A stretch of DNA of 64,000 bases from the human T2T-CHM13v2.0 reference genome, Homo sapiens: assembly GCF_009914755.1 (NCBI RefSeq), contig NC_060929.1, one strand, 5' to 3'. Positions within the stretch are counted from its first letter, which is position 1. Each line of letters starts with the position of its first letter. Shown here piece after piece: positions 1-14,559 of the stretch. The position numbers and the translations under genes were made by a program. The notes beneath the pieces were generated by a model. It ran no database searches. It was not told the origin of the DNA and worked only from the letters and a program-made list of their open reading frames with translations.

Positions 1-311
<311 letters not shown>

Positions 312-329
312 TAAAAATTAGAATTGTTT

Positions 330-706
330 TAAACAACCTCATTAAAAAGTGGGCAAAGGACATGAACAGATGCTTTTCATAGAAGACATATGTGTGGCCA
401 ACAAGCATATGAAGAAAAGCTCAACATCACTGATCATTAAAGAAATACAAATCAAAACCACAATAAGATACCATCTCACGCCAGTCAAAATGGCTATTTT
501 TAAAAAGCCAAAGAATAACAGATACTGGTGAGGTTGTGGAGAAAAAGGAATGCTTATAAACTGTTGGTAGGAGTTTAAATTAGTTCAACCATTGTGGAAG
601 AGTGTGTCAATTTCTCAAAGTCCTAAAGGCAGAGATGTCATTTGGCCCAGTGATCTTATTACTAGGTATATACCTGAAAGAATATTAATCATTGTATTAT
701 AAAGAC
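330..706 (+). mobile_element. L1 ORF2 C-terminal fragment (L1PA/PB-like)
   Basis: AAAAAGTGGGCAAAGGACATGAACAGA...; ORF 349..531 contains [16 protein letters not shown], typical of L1 ORF2p C-terminus. Confidence 0.92.
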
Positions 707-1085
707 TCCTCTTTTATCAGCTTATAATTTTCAAAAGGTTAATATAATTATTATACAAATATAAAATAAGAATGCATCAAATATTTTATTTAACTCTGTT
801 AATGAGGGCAAAATAAGATGTTATGATCAATTTAAGAAGTTCTGGAGAAATTGTATAAATATATCTCAAAAACAAACATGTATATAAATACAGACAGAGA
901 GACATTTTACAAAAAGTGTTGGGCTAATATTGTTAGGTTCAATACAAAAGTGGATATGTCTTCATGCTTTACAAGAGAATAAACCTTAGAGGGTTTCTGT
1001 TTCTGTGGACAGGTTATTTGCATCTTCACCAGCCAGAGACTTACAAGTTAAACTATGACCCTACAGAGTTTTAAAAGAGGTAGGT

Positions 1086-1220
1086 GTATTAGTCAGGGTT
1101 CTCTAGAGGGACAGAACTAATGGAATAGATACATGTGTGTGTGTGCATGTGTGTGGTGTATGTGTGTGTGTGTATAATATCTCGATTATATTAACTCATA
1201 GGATCACAAGGTCCCACCAT
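1086..1220 (-). mobile_element. MLT2A-type (ERVL) LTR 3' terminal fragment
   Basis: TGTATTAGTCAGGGTTCTCTAGAGGGACAGAACTAA is nearly the reverse complement of the HERV-L 3' LTR end at 34298-34333 in this window; internal (TG)n tract. Confidence 0.88.
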
Positions 1221-2810
<1,590 letters not shown>

Positions 2811-4243
2811 TGAGATTTGGAACTACACTGGTATTTCTTCTTATCTGCCTAATTCGGACACACAATTCTTGAATTAGTCAGTAGAGTTACAGTCAGTCAT
2901 ATATATATTAAAGCATAACATAACCTTTAATCTTGATTAGTAAATGAGAAATGCTAAAAACATGCAAAAATATTGGTTGAAACTGGCTAGACTGAGAACA
3001 ATATTGATAACTATGAGTTATCATAAGAATGCTGATAAACTCTTAATTATATACTCTGTAGTTTTCCCATGGAGTCCATTTTTAATGCGTTGTCATTAAA
3101 ATGGAATTCTCTAGTTTTGAATATATAGATTTTTGTTTTTTTTAAATTTTCTTAACCCTTAGTTTCTTCTGTCAGACTTGCAGCTGTTAAGTCTTACTAT
3201 TATATCACTTGATGTTCTCCTTTCAAAATGTTCTTCTTAATAAAAGGCAATGCTTAGAAAGTAGATAAAAATTCTTAAAATTAAAATTAGAATAAAATTA
3301 AAAAATTCGTTTGCTTTTAGGTGTTTGATGAACAAAGAAATGGGACTTAGTTATTGCATATTTTAACAATTGTGTTCTATACTTTGAGTATATTTGACAA
3401 ATTTCTTGATTGCTAGATATAGTTTACATATGTGAGCATAGTGATTATATATACATATATGTAACTTTATTAGCAACTGAGTTTCTGATAGATTATTTCA
3501 CAGAGAAACAAAATGAAATCAGGTTTATTTAAAGAACATTGAAATGTCAGAAAACTGCTAAAAAGCACTGTTGTATCATAATTCTATTTTGAATAGGACC
3601 ATAAATTAATTATCCTTTTACAAAAAATTAAAAGTTGTGTATTCATTTAGATAATATTTCAATTTAAAATATTAGTCAGAATTTTTTCCAGATAGGGATA
3701 CATATTGCAAGTAATTATAATTTGTTGAAAATACACATATGGCAATGTCATGAAAGCGTAACATAGTTACATAGTTAAAAATTCAAGTATTTGTAAAATG
3801 ATTAGGATCTCTTTTTAGTTCCAAATGCATGCTGCATATTTTAGGTGATTATTGGTAATTCTCTGTATTACTAAAATAATGGTGTTATTATCAAAGCAGG
3901 TTATGTTGTAAATGAAATATAAAATTATTTTAACTTATTTAGGAAAAAGTCAAATTTTACAAGTAAAGTAATGCTATCATTTTATAATTACAACAGCTTT
4001 ATTCCAAAAAAAAAAAAAAAAAAAAAAAACATGCAAAGGAAGCATTCAGTATGACTAGGAATTTTTTGCAGGTTAACACCTTGCATCCTGATTTGCTCAT
4101 AGCTAAAGCAACGTCCGTTTTTTAGGGACTTGAATGTGTATCTCTGTGCTAGAAAACAATACAAATTTTTGTCAGACTTTAAACTTTTAACATTTAAACT
4201 TTATTAACAGATTTCAGGTATGTTGGAAACAATCTGAGAATGA

Positions 4244-4531
<288 letters not shown>

Positions 4532-4639
4532 CAAAATGGATTTTTTAAACATATGACATAGATTTCAGTGTTACTAACTGTGGGACACCGTTCTTTTGGT
4601 TTTCTTTGTCCTGTAGATAGCCATTTTTTCCCTAATTTT

Positions 4640-4912
4640 CTATATCGGTATGTATGTGTGTGTATATGTGTATATATGTAGATATGTATTTATATATAAT
4701 CTATGTATATATGTAGGAATGTATCTAAATATAAATATAAATACATACCTACATATATACATACATGCATATATACACACATACATAGATATATACATAC
4801 ATATATACATCTATGTGTATATATGTAGGTATGTATAAATAATCTATATGTACAGGTATATAAGTATATATGTGTGGGTATATATGCAACCTACATATAT
4901 ACAGATAGATAT
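4640..4912. repeat. Degenerate (TA)/(TG)/(CA) low-complexity tract
   Basis: Continuous TATATG/TACATA alternations. Confidence 0.9.
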
Positions 4913-5655
4913 TAGACTGAGAAAAAAATCTGTTATTACATGTAGTTTTAAAAGGCCTACTGCAGGTACTTATTAATTTATTTGGAGGTTAGGATTTTAA
5001 GGAGATTTTATACATGAAACTATGAGCTTATAAGCTTATGAATATGCATGTTTATCCCCCATATTTCTCATTAGAAAATTTTATATTTAAATTTAAAAGT
5101 CAAAATTGAGTGTTGTAAATTGGAAAGCCAAACAGATGTTTCAAAATATTTAGTTGCTTGGTATAATTAAAGTGAAACATCTGGATTATTAACAGGGTAT
5201 TTTTAATTGAAAGGACTACAAGTTTTAAAATAACAAAATTATATTATAATGGCATAATTTGCAGAACTAAATCTTAGCTTCTTTTTCAGTTTAAATTAAA
5301 ACTTGTTTCAACTTTTATTGTATTCTGTATGACTAATACTACCATATTCACTATTGTGTTCAATGACAACTGCTCTTTCTTTAAAAATTTTTTTCTTTTA
5401 ATGTAGGACACACTTAATTTAGCTCTTATAGAGGTAATTAAATTTAAGAATTTGTTTTTTTAAAATTATGTTTATATATTTTAAAAAATATTTTATATTA
5501 TTACTTCTTGTGATAACATTATGAATATAAATTACAGACTATCATTACTGAATTTAAAAACTAAGTTAACATTAGTTGTAATTTTCTCTGATACTTTTAC
5601 ATAAGACTTACTTTGACTTTAATATTAAACAATATAAAAGTTTTTATGTTTTATC

Positions 5656-6804
5656 AAACATAAAACTTCTTCAAAGAAAAGGAAACAAAAGAATAAGAAG
5701 AATTTGTGGGTTACACAAATTAAAGGGTAAATATTTGCAATATATATATCTGATAAGGGACTAATATCCAGAAAGAAACCAAGAAAATCAAACTGCTTAA
5801 TTAAGAAAGCAAGTAACCCTATTTAAAAATGGGCAAAGGACAGGGATAGACATTTCTCAAAAGAAGACTAAATGGCCAACAGATATATTGAAAATGCTCA
5901 ACATCTCCAGTCATCAGAGACATGTAAATTAAAATCACAATGCAATATCACCTCAAACCTGCTAAATTGGCTATCTTCAAAAAATAAAAGATAAGTATTG
6001 CTGAGGATATAGATAAAACGGAACTTTTATACACTGTTAACATTATTGTAAATTAGTACAGCCATTTTGAAACACAGTGTGAAGCTTCCTCAAAACACTA
6101 AAATTAGAATTATCATATGATTCAGCAATCCCACTTCTGGGTATATACCCAAATAAATTGAAATCAACGTGTCGAAGAGATGCTGCATTCCTTGTTCTTT
6201 GCCGCATTATTCACAAGAGTCATGATATGGAAACAGCCTAAGTGTTCACGAATGAATGAATGGATTTTAACACTGTGGTGTGTATGCACAATGAAATATT
6301 ATTCACCCTTTAAATAAGGAAAATTCTGTCATTTGTAACAACATGGATGAACTTAGAGGACATTATATTAAGTGAAATAAATCAGGAACAGAGAAACAAA
6401 TAACATATGACCTCACTTATATGTAGAATGGAAAAGAGTCAAGCTTATGAAAGTGTTCCGTAGGATGGTGGTTACCAAGAGCTGGGGGAAGGGGGTAGAT
6501 GCAGAAATGAGAGATGTTGGTCAATAGGTACAAAGTTTCCTTTTGGTAATAAAAATAAGTTCTGGTGTTTTATTATACAACACAATGACTATTACTAATA
6601 ATAATGTATGTTTCAAAATTGCTAAAATGTATATTTTAAATGTTCTCACCACAAAAGAATCATGAATATTTGAGGTGATGGATCACTCAGTCTGATTTGA
6701 TCATTACACAATATATACATATACTGAAACATCACATTGTACCACATGAATATATACAATTGTTATTTGTCAATTAAAATTAAATGAAAATTAAAAAATA
6801 AAAA
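5656..6804 (+). mobile_element. L1MA-like 3' end (ORF2 C-terminus, 3' UTR, A-rich tail)
   Basis: AAAATGGGCAAAGGAC...CAGCAATCCCACTTCTGGGTATATACCC...TGTTCTCACCACAAAA...TGTCAATTAAAA plus A-rich tail. Confidence 0.92.
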
Positions 6805-7529
6805 CATGATTGAGGAATCAGAAATCACACTTCTAGAAAATGAATTATCATTGTGTGGGAGAACATAGTTGTTCTAAGAGTACACTGATGTGTTTATTTC
6901 TGTGTATGCTCTACACATGTAGTTGTGTGTGGTGTGTTTATAAAGTGCTATCATAATTTCAGAATGCATAGTTAAGCCTGCTAAATGCAAGGATGTTGTT
7001 TGCTTCAAAACTAGATTGTTTAGTGTGTGGGGTCAGCATTTCCAGAAGAAGCCTAGGGGATAGATGGTTCCAGGAGCCACAGCATAGCTCTATAAAAAGA
7101 GCAAACATTCTCTAAGGGGAACATGTGACACGGAGACCAACCTGCATGCCACCTCATCCCTCCCGTTGACTTTGGATGCAAATTTTGGCTCAGGACTGTA
7201 TTATTTAAGATGCAGTATTCAAATGGCCTGTGTTTCTGTAACAGTTATTTTCCTATACACCAGATAAAGCCATTTTGAGATACACTAAAGAAAAGGTCCT
7301 TTAGAAAGGCAAGAGATGAAAAAAACTGGACAGACACTTTTAATCAAAAAGAAAAACATGATGACTTCCTTGTTATGTGTACACAAGCTTGATTATATTA
7401 TTTTATATTTAGGTAAAAGTAGCAGTCAGTTAGTAGTAAATATTTTATGTTAATTATAAACTAGTATTCTTTTGCAATAAGAATGGAGGCTTTAATTTCT
7501 ATGAGAAGCATTGCTATTCTTTAGGAGTC

Positions 7530-7530
<1 letters not shown>

Positions 7531-7562
<32 letters not shown>
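7531..7562. repeat. (TG)16 microsatellite
   Basis: Pure TG run. Confidence 0.97.
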
Positions 7563-7563
<1 letters not shown>

Positions 7564-8569
7564 ATATGTATATGGAGTTTGCAGGTATGCATGTGTGTGC
7601 TGAATTTAAAATACATACTATGTAACAAGAAAGAAAAACTTAGGTATTCATTTCACACTGGAAATTACAAAAGTAAAGTCAATGTACCAGAATGTGGGTT
7701 GCGGAAAAAATATATGCTGGTCTCTAAAGGCGCCTGGGATATTTTGTACCTGTCTCTTTTCTGGGCCCCTCTCTCTTCAGTCCTGAGGTTGGTGGGACCG
7801 TCCTGTTGTGACTAGCCAAATAGGGCTGCACTTTCCTTTGCGGCTTCCTTATCCCATTCTAGCTAATGTGTTGAGTTTATTTATTAAACTCTCCTCAAAT
7901 AACTTAATTCAAACATGGATACTGAACTATAAACTGTGATAATTCTCCCAAGAAAAAGACAGTTTATATTATTTTTACTACCTTCAACTCAGATATCTAT
8001 TATTTAAAAATCAGAGTAAAAAAGATTTTTGTAGATCCCTCAAATTATTGAAAGTTAATGTTGCACTAAAGAAATCATTTCAAAGATCTCTGATATAAAA
8101 TATAGATCATATATATGATAGATATATAGATATTTTATATCCATATAATATATTTTATTTTTAAATGGATATTTTATTTAAATATACATATATTTTAAAT
8201 ATGTGTGTAAATATATACACAAACATTTGCAAACCATGTGATATCTATATACAGATATACATACAAATATGTATACTATTGTTTGCAAGTAATTGATTTC
8301 TCATATTTGACAATCTATACAATGTAATTTTGAAAAATGGATGAAAAAACCATTTTATTGATTAGATATTTATGAAATTATGTTGCTTTTTTCACAAAGC
8401 TCTCATTTTTTACTTTGTAAAAGAGATCGAATATTTATATCTGTCATAAGACTTATTGTCAGTATTTTTGATATGATTATGAAAACGCAGTGTTAATGAC
8501 TTTTATTCCTGAATCTAATTTACATGTAAGATAAGAGAGAAAATTTGCAAATCTGTTACTCACACTGCT

Positions 8570-8875
8570 CCAGCTTTTTTTCCTTGTTCTTATCTTCCTT
8601 CTCTCCCTTCATTTTCCTGTTTATCCTCACTCTCCTCTGCTGTTTCTCCTTCTTCTATTACTACTGCTGCATTTGCTTGCTGCTGCTGCTTTAGCTTCTC
8701 CTCTTTCACATTGCTCTTTCCCTTCTCCACTTTCACTCTCTCCTTCTCCTTTCTTCTTTGTCTCCTCCCATTCCCATTTTTCTCTCGTCCTCCTTTTCTT
8801 CTTCTCTTTCTCTTCCCCTTTCTTCTCTGCCTCTTCACCTTTCTCCCCCTCCTCTTTTTTCTTCTCCTTCTTATA
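8570..8875. repeat. CT-rich polypyrimidine low-complexity tract
   Basis: ~300 bp almost exclusively C/T on + strand (CTT, CCT, TTC motifs). Confidence 0.92.
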
Positions 8876-9473
8876 ACCATCTGTATATCTTATTTATGTG
8901 GTAAATATCATTATGTAGCATCCAAAGGTAAATCTTATTTTATGTCTTAGACTTCTGTACAAATCAAAATTGTCAGCTTGTCTTTACAAAAGATTAAATG
9001 TGGTTGGATTCAGCAAATATTTTTCCAACCTCCTGCTATTTTAAATTAGTTGTCTTGATTATTTTGCTTTGTTCCTACATCAATTGTCTTAATGTTCTTG
9101 AAGTAGTCAGATTGTCTAGAAATCCGAAAGAGTAATCAAGGCTGTAGGATTTTAATTCTTATTATTGAAGCTATGCAAAATTATAATTTTAAATAAAGAA
9201 ACAAAGTCAATGTTTATTATAATACAGAGAATCATTTGGGATTATTGGCGAGAGGAAATTGCATTTTTCACTCTTAGCAAAAATTAAAGCAATTACTGTG
9301 ATGGTGTCTCTATATACAAATAACTTTACCTTCTTGTTAACACTTGAATACAATGTTGATGTATTAATATATAGCTTAGGAATATATTACAATTCAGTTT
9401 CATATGTATTAGAAGCTTTGTTTTAAAGTTAGATGGAAAAGTAGATGCTTTGTTTCTGAAGGTAGAAACTGCA

Positions 9474-9758
9474 GGCTGGGTACAGTGGCTTATGCCTGTC
9501 ATCCCAGCACTTTCGGGAGGCCAAGGTCGCTTGAGCTTTTCAGACCAGCCTGAGCAACATGGTGAAACCCTGTCTCTACAAAAAATATACAAAAGTGAGC
9601 TGGGTGTGGTGGTGTGTGCCTCTAGTCCCAGCTACTCAGGAGGCTGAGGTGAGAGGATCAACTGAGCCTGGGAAGGTCAAAGATGCAGTGAGAGGTGATG
9701 TCACCACTAGACTCCAGCCTGGGTGACAGAGTCAGACCTTATCTTAAAAAAAAAAAAA
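9474..9758 (+). mobile_element. AluJ-like SINE
   Basis: GGCTGGGTACAGTGGCTTATGCCTGT...GAGGATCAACTGAGCCTGGGAAGGTCAAAGATGCAGTGAG (J-type right arm). Confidence 0.93.
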
Positions 9759-9771
9759 AGAAAGAAAGAAA

Positions 9772-9841
<70 letters not shown>

Positions 9842-9843
9842 AA
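9759..9843. repeat. (GAAA)n microsatellite grown from the Alu tail
   Basis: Long near-pure AAAG array with one AAGG interruption. Confidence 0.97.
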
Positions 9844-10204
9844 TATGGAAAGGAAAAACAAAGCCAAACAATGCACATAGATACTGTATGTATGTTTAGA
9901 TGTATATATAGCCTACTCTTCTCTGGGACTCTGCCTGATGCATATATAAGCATTGAAAAATTTTCAACCAGTCTCAGGGAGGAAAATATTCTCTCTTAAT
10001 AGAGAAAGTCTATATTGTTGTTCTTTTTTCTTTCACTTTAATATTGCTGAACATAAACTACTTTTATATTAAAATACATTCAATTATCAAAAATACAAAA
10101 TTTATTCATGCATTATACTGAAATTGATGTTTCCAAAATTTTCCAGGGCAAACATAACTTTGGAAGCACCCACTCAACAGCCTTTCTTCTCATCCATTAT
10201 ATCA

Positions 10205-10427
10205 CAGTTTTGGCAATACAGCCTATGGACCCAAATCAGCTAATCACATGTTTTTATAAATAAAGCTTTATTGGAGCACAACCACACTCCCCATTTTCTG
10301 AGTTATTTCCTATGTTGCTTCATGCAACAATGGCAGAGCTGAGTAGTTGTCACATACACAATATGGGTCATATACATAACGTATTTACTATGTGGCTTTT
10401 TACAGAAAAAAAAGCATACCAGTCTTG
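10205..10427 (+). mobile_element. MER58A-like hAT-Charlie DNA transposon (MITE)
   Basis: TTTTATAAATAAAGCTTTATTGGAGCACAACCAC...GGCAGAGCTGAGTAGTTG...TATTTACTATGTGGCTTTTTACAGAAAAA matches recalled MER58A consensus. Confidence 0.85.
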
Positions 10428-10612
10428 CCATTATATTATCTAGGAAAAACCCAACTCGGTTGAATCACAATCTCTGCCTTCGGTCTGAACTATAAATGTT
10501 GAGGGTGGCTGGATGAAAGACAATTATTCTCACTTTAAATTTGTGACTGCTGCCATTAAATAGGACTATAGTGCTTAGAAAATTTGCTACATTTTAGTAA
10601 ACAATTTCCATC

Positions 10613-11145
10613 TGTGATGATTAATTTTCCATTTCATCTTGACTGAGTCACAGGGTACATAGATCCTTGGTCCAACATTATTTTGGATGTTTCTGCAAAG
10701 GCATTTTTGTATGAGATTAACATTTAAATTAGTAGACAGAGTAAAGCAGATTGCTTTCCCTAATGTAGGTGGGCCTCTTCCAATCCATCAAAGGCCTGCC
10801 TAGAACAAAAAGGCTGAGCCTCCTGCGATAGGAATTCCTTCTGCTTCATGGCCTTCAAACTGGGACACAGGCTTTGTTCTTGCCTCCAGTTTGGAACAGA
10901 AATATAGAAACATTGGCTCTTCTGGGATCTTGAGCCTGCCTACCTTCTGACTGGAACTATACCATCAACGTCAACTTTCCTGGGTCTTCAGCCTGCTGCC
11001 TTATTCTGCACATATTAGGCCTTGTCAGCCTCCATAATCACATGAGCCAGTTCCTTACAAAAAATTTCTCTTTCTAAATATACATATGTGTGTGTATGTT
11101 TATATATATATATATATTTTCCTCTGGAGAGCCCTAATGTACTAC
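10613..11145 (+). mobile_element. MLT2D/C-like ERVL solo LTR
   Basis: TGTGATGATTAATTTT start; GAGATTAACATTTAAATTAGTAGACAGAGTAAAGCAGATTG; CCTCCATAATCACATGAGCCAGTTCCTT; (TA)n before CTCTGGAGAGCCCTAA end. Confidence 0.88.
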
Positions 11146-11993
11146 CTCATGCATCAAAAAGACTATTGCAAACTTTCTCCTCTTGGTCAAAGCATCTTTA
11201 TTTTCTTCACTTTCTATTGATAGTTTTTCTATATATCTAATTAAAAAAACTCTAGACACAATACAAATAAGATATTTTCATCTGTATCTACCAATCAACC
11301 TGCATCTATATTATGTTCATTCCTAGGGTAAGGGACTGAAGCACACAGCTGATAGAAACTAGAGAGGGAAAATAAGAAACTGAATTAAATGTGTTTTAAA
11401 TATTGCCATAGATTTGAAATCTTTCTTAATATACTGGTGTGTCATTTGTGCAAGTCATGGAGCTAATTATTAGTGTCCAGTCCCACTTATAACAAATCTA
11501 GTTGAAGATACTTGTTTTTCAAAACAACATGAGTAGAATTAACTGTTAGCATTCTGTAAGCCTAAGTAGAAAACTGGAGGAAGAAATATGAGAAAAAACA
11601 AATAAATATAGAGTTGAATAAAATATATAAAAGAAATTACACTGATTTTAAACTATTTTAAATTTATTTTCTTACTTCCTGGAAATAAAACACATATCAC
11701 TTTCTGGAAAAACAACTTGATTTAAAAATAAGTTGACTTTGTAATAGGGAAAAATTACATGGAGTATATTTGTCTCCAAAAGATAAATACATGTATTGGA
11801 GTACGTGTATGCTACTGTGTGTATGGAGGCAAACAAGTGTATTGCATTATCATTTTATTTTTGAGATAATATTTTTTATTTAAGGTATTACTATTCTAAT
11901 TAACTTTTTAATATTTCTGCAATAACTACACAAACTTCTTAAATGTCTTTCACTAATGTAGGTGAAATATTGCTACCAAATAATATTTATGCC

Positions 11994-12300
11994 TTTTTAT
12001 TTTTATTTTTTGAAGTAGGATCTCACTCAGCCACCCTGACTGGAGTGCGCAATCTTGGCTCACTGTAGCCTTGAACTCCTAAGCTCAAGGGATGCTCTCA
12101 TGTCAGCTCCCTGAGTAGCTGAGACTATAGGAACACACCACCAAGCCCAGCTTTTTTTTTTTCTTTTAATTTTTACTTCTAGGAGAGATAAACTCTTACC
12201 ATATTGCCTAAGCTAGTCTCAAACTCCTGGGCTCAAGCAGTCATCCTGCCTCAGCCTCCCAAAGTGCTGGGAGTACTGGCATGAGCCACTGTGTCTGGCC
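11994..12300 (-). mobile_element. AluJ-like SINE
   Basis: GCTCACTGTAGCCTTGAACTCCTAAGCTCAAG and CTCCTGGGCTCAAGCAGTCATCCTGCCTCAGCCTCCCAAAGTGCTGGG; degenerate ATGCCTTT flanks. Confidence 0.93.
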
Positions 12301-12359
12301 AATAGTCATGCCTTTAAAAACAAGAACAAAATGTAATCATTGTAAGGGGAAACATCTCT

Positions 12360-14225
12360 AGAAGGGTGGCATAATAATGTCCGAAAACCTGCTCTTTCAC
12401 AAAAGTAATAACACTGGCAAAAAAAAAAAAAAGTCATTGTCAATGTTTTCAGAACTCTTTTTCAGACTTTTATTTTAGATTCTGGGGATACATGTGCAGT
12501 TTCATTTCCTGGGCATATTGTGTGATGTTCACCCAGGTACTGAGCATAGTACCCAATACATTTTCAACCCTTGTCCCCTTCCCCCAGTCACTCTTCTAGT
12601 AGCTCCGTGTCTATTGTTGCCATCTTTATATCCATGAGTACCCGATGTTTAGCTCCCACTTATAAGTGAAAATGTGTATTTGGTTTTCTGGTTCTGTGTT
12701 AATTCATTTACGGTAATGGCCTCCAGCTGTGTCCATGCTTCTGCAAACGTAATTATTTTGTACTTTTTTACTGTTGTGTAGTATTCCATTGTGGATATGT
12801 ACCACATTTTCTTTATTTAGTCTATCATTGATGGATACCTTGGGTTGATTCCATGTCTTTGCTATTGTGAATACTGCTGTGATATACATGTGGCTGTATT
12901 TTTTTTTTGGTAGAATGATTTGTTTTCTTTTGTATGTATACCCAGCAATGAGATTGTTAAGTCAAACGGTACTTCTGTTTTGAGCTCTTTCATAATTCTC
13001 CAAACTGCTTTCCATAGCAGTTGTGCTAATGTTCATTCCCACCAACAGTGTATAATTATTCCCTTTTTTTTCCTGCAACCTCACAAGCATCTGTTGAATT
13101 TTTTTCTTTTTTGACTTTTTAATGATGGCCATACTGACTGCATGAGATGTTATCTCATCGTGGTTTTTATTTGCATTTCTCTGATGATTAGCGATGTGGG
13201 ACTTTTTGTCATATGTTTGTTGGCCTCTTGTATGTCTTCTTTTGAGACGCATCTGTTCATGTCCTTTGCTCATTTTTTAATTGGGTTCTTTTTTGTGTGT
13301 TTTCAGTTGTTTAAATTCCTTATAGATTCTGGATATTAGATCTTGCTGGATGCATGGTTTGTGAATATTTTATCCCATTTGTAGGTTGTCTGTTTACTCT
13401 GTTGATAGTTTATTTTGCTGTGTAGAAGCTCTTTAGCGTAATTAGGTCCTACTTGTCAATTTGTGGTTGTGTTACAATTGCTTTTGCAGACTTAGTCATA
13501 AATTCTTTCTCCAGACCAATGTCCAGAATGGTGCTTCCTAGGTTTTCTTCTAGGATTCTTATAGTTTAAGGTCTTACATTTAAGCCTTTATTCCATCTTG
13601 AGTTAACTTTGGTATATGTTGAAAGGTAAGAGTGCAGTATTATCCTTCTGCATATGGCTATCCCGCCATTCCAGTACCATTAATTAAGTGTGCAGTCCTT
13701 TCCCCATTGTTTTTGTTGACTTTGTCAAATATCAAATGGCCCTAGATGTGCGGCCTCACTTCTGGATTCTCAGTTCTGTTCAACTGGTCTCTGTGTCTAT
13801 TTTGTACTAGTACCATGCTGTTTTACATACTATAACCTTATAATATTGTGTGAATTCAGTTAGTGTGATGACTCTAGCTTTGTTCTTTTTGCTTAGATTT
13901 GCTTTGGTCATTTGGGGTATTTATAGTTCCATATGAATTTTAGAGTAGTTTTTTCTATTTCTGTGAAAAATAATGTTGGTAGTTTGATAGAAGTAGCATT
14001 GAATCTGAAGGATTTGAGACAATCCAAGGAACATTTACTCAATAAAAATGGATAAATTTCAGCGACAATAGTGTTTTATGGTGTTTTAACTTCCCCTACC
14101 AACATCTCCTCTTTTCAGCTCTGTAGTCATTTTTGAAACCAAAGTAAACATCCACAATCACTGTGAAATTCAGCAATCTAGTCCCAGGCCACTGGAAGAG
14201 GAAGAGCTGGTGTGAGGCTTTTCAA
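12360..14225 (+). mobile_element. Ancient L1M 5'-end sequence split by a younger L1
   Basis: AACACTGGCAAAA...TTTTCAGAACTCT (to ~12457) resumes at ~14010 ACAATCCAAGGAACATTTACTCAATAAAAA...GGTGTTTTAACTTCCCCT; related to 49700-49900. Confidence 0.55.
12457..14008 (-). mobile_element. L1PA15-17/L1PB-like 3' 1.5 kb
   Basis: TTTTATTTTAGATTCTGGGGATACATGTGCAG...CACCCAGGTACTGAGCATAGTACCCAATA; ORF 12704..12889 AVFTIAKTWNQPK. Confidence 0.93.
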
Positions 14226-14229
14226 GAAG

Positions 14230-14535
14230 CCTTGCTTGGATGTGGAGTGCAATATTCTTCATCAAATTTGGGAAGGTGTTGGCTATTCTTCAGAAATTTT
14301 TTCTTCATCTTTCTTTCAGCTCCTCCTGGGACTCTGATAACTTAGGTCCCCCTGCTATGTTTGGTAATACACAACATGTCTCTGAGTCTCTGTTCACTTT
14401 TTACCATTATTTTTTATTTCTGTTTCTCAGACTGGATGTTCTCACATAAACTATCTTCAAATTTTCTCATTGTTTTTTTTTCTGCCAAATAAACCTTACT
14501 ATTAATACATTCCAGTGAATTTTCCACATCAGTGT
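14230..14535 (-). mobile_element. Old L1 ORF1-region fragment
   Basis: TTCATCAAATTTGGGAAGGTGTTGGCTATT...CTCCTGGGACTC...TCCAGTGAATTTT typical of antisense L1M ORF1. Confidence 0.7.
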
Positions 14536-14559
14536 GCATTATGTGGAAGATCAAGATTT

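Noticed and set aside
4007-4029. Isolated ~23-nt poly(A) as a retro-insertion tail
   Set aside because: No upstream AATAAA, element body or TSD is visible, so it is treated as a simple mononucleotide run.
7020-7920. Possible old LTR fragments around 7020-7200 and 7720-7910
   Set aside because: They are GC-richer and LTR-like, but I cannot assign a family or termini with confidence.
8590-8880. Protamine-like or NLS-rich 96-aa ORF
   Set aside because: It derives from a purine-only low-complexity strand that lacks stops by composition.
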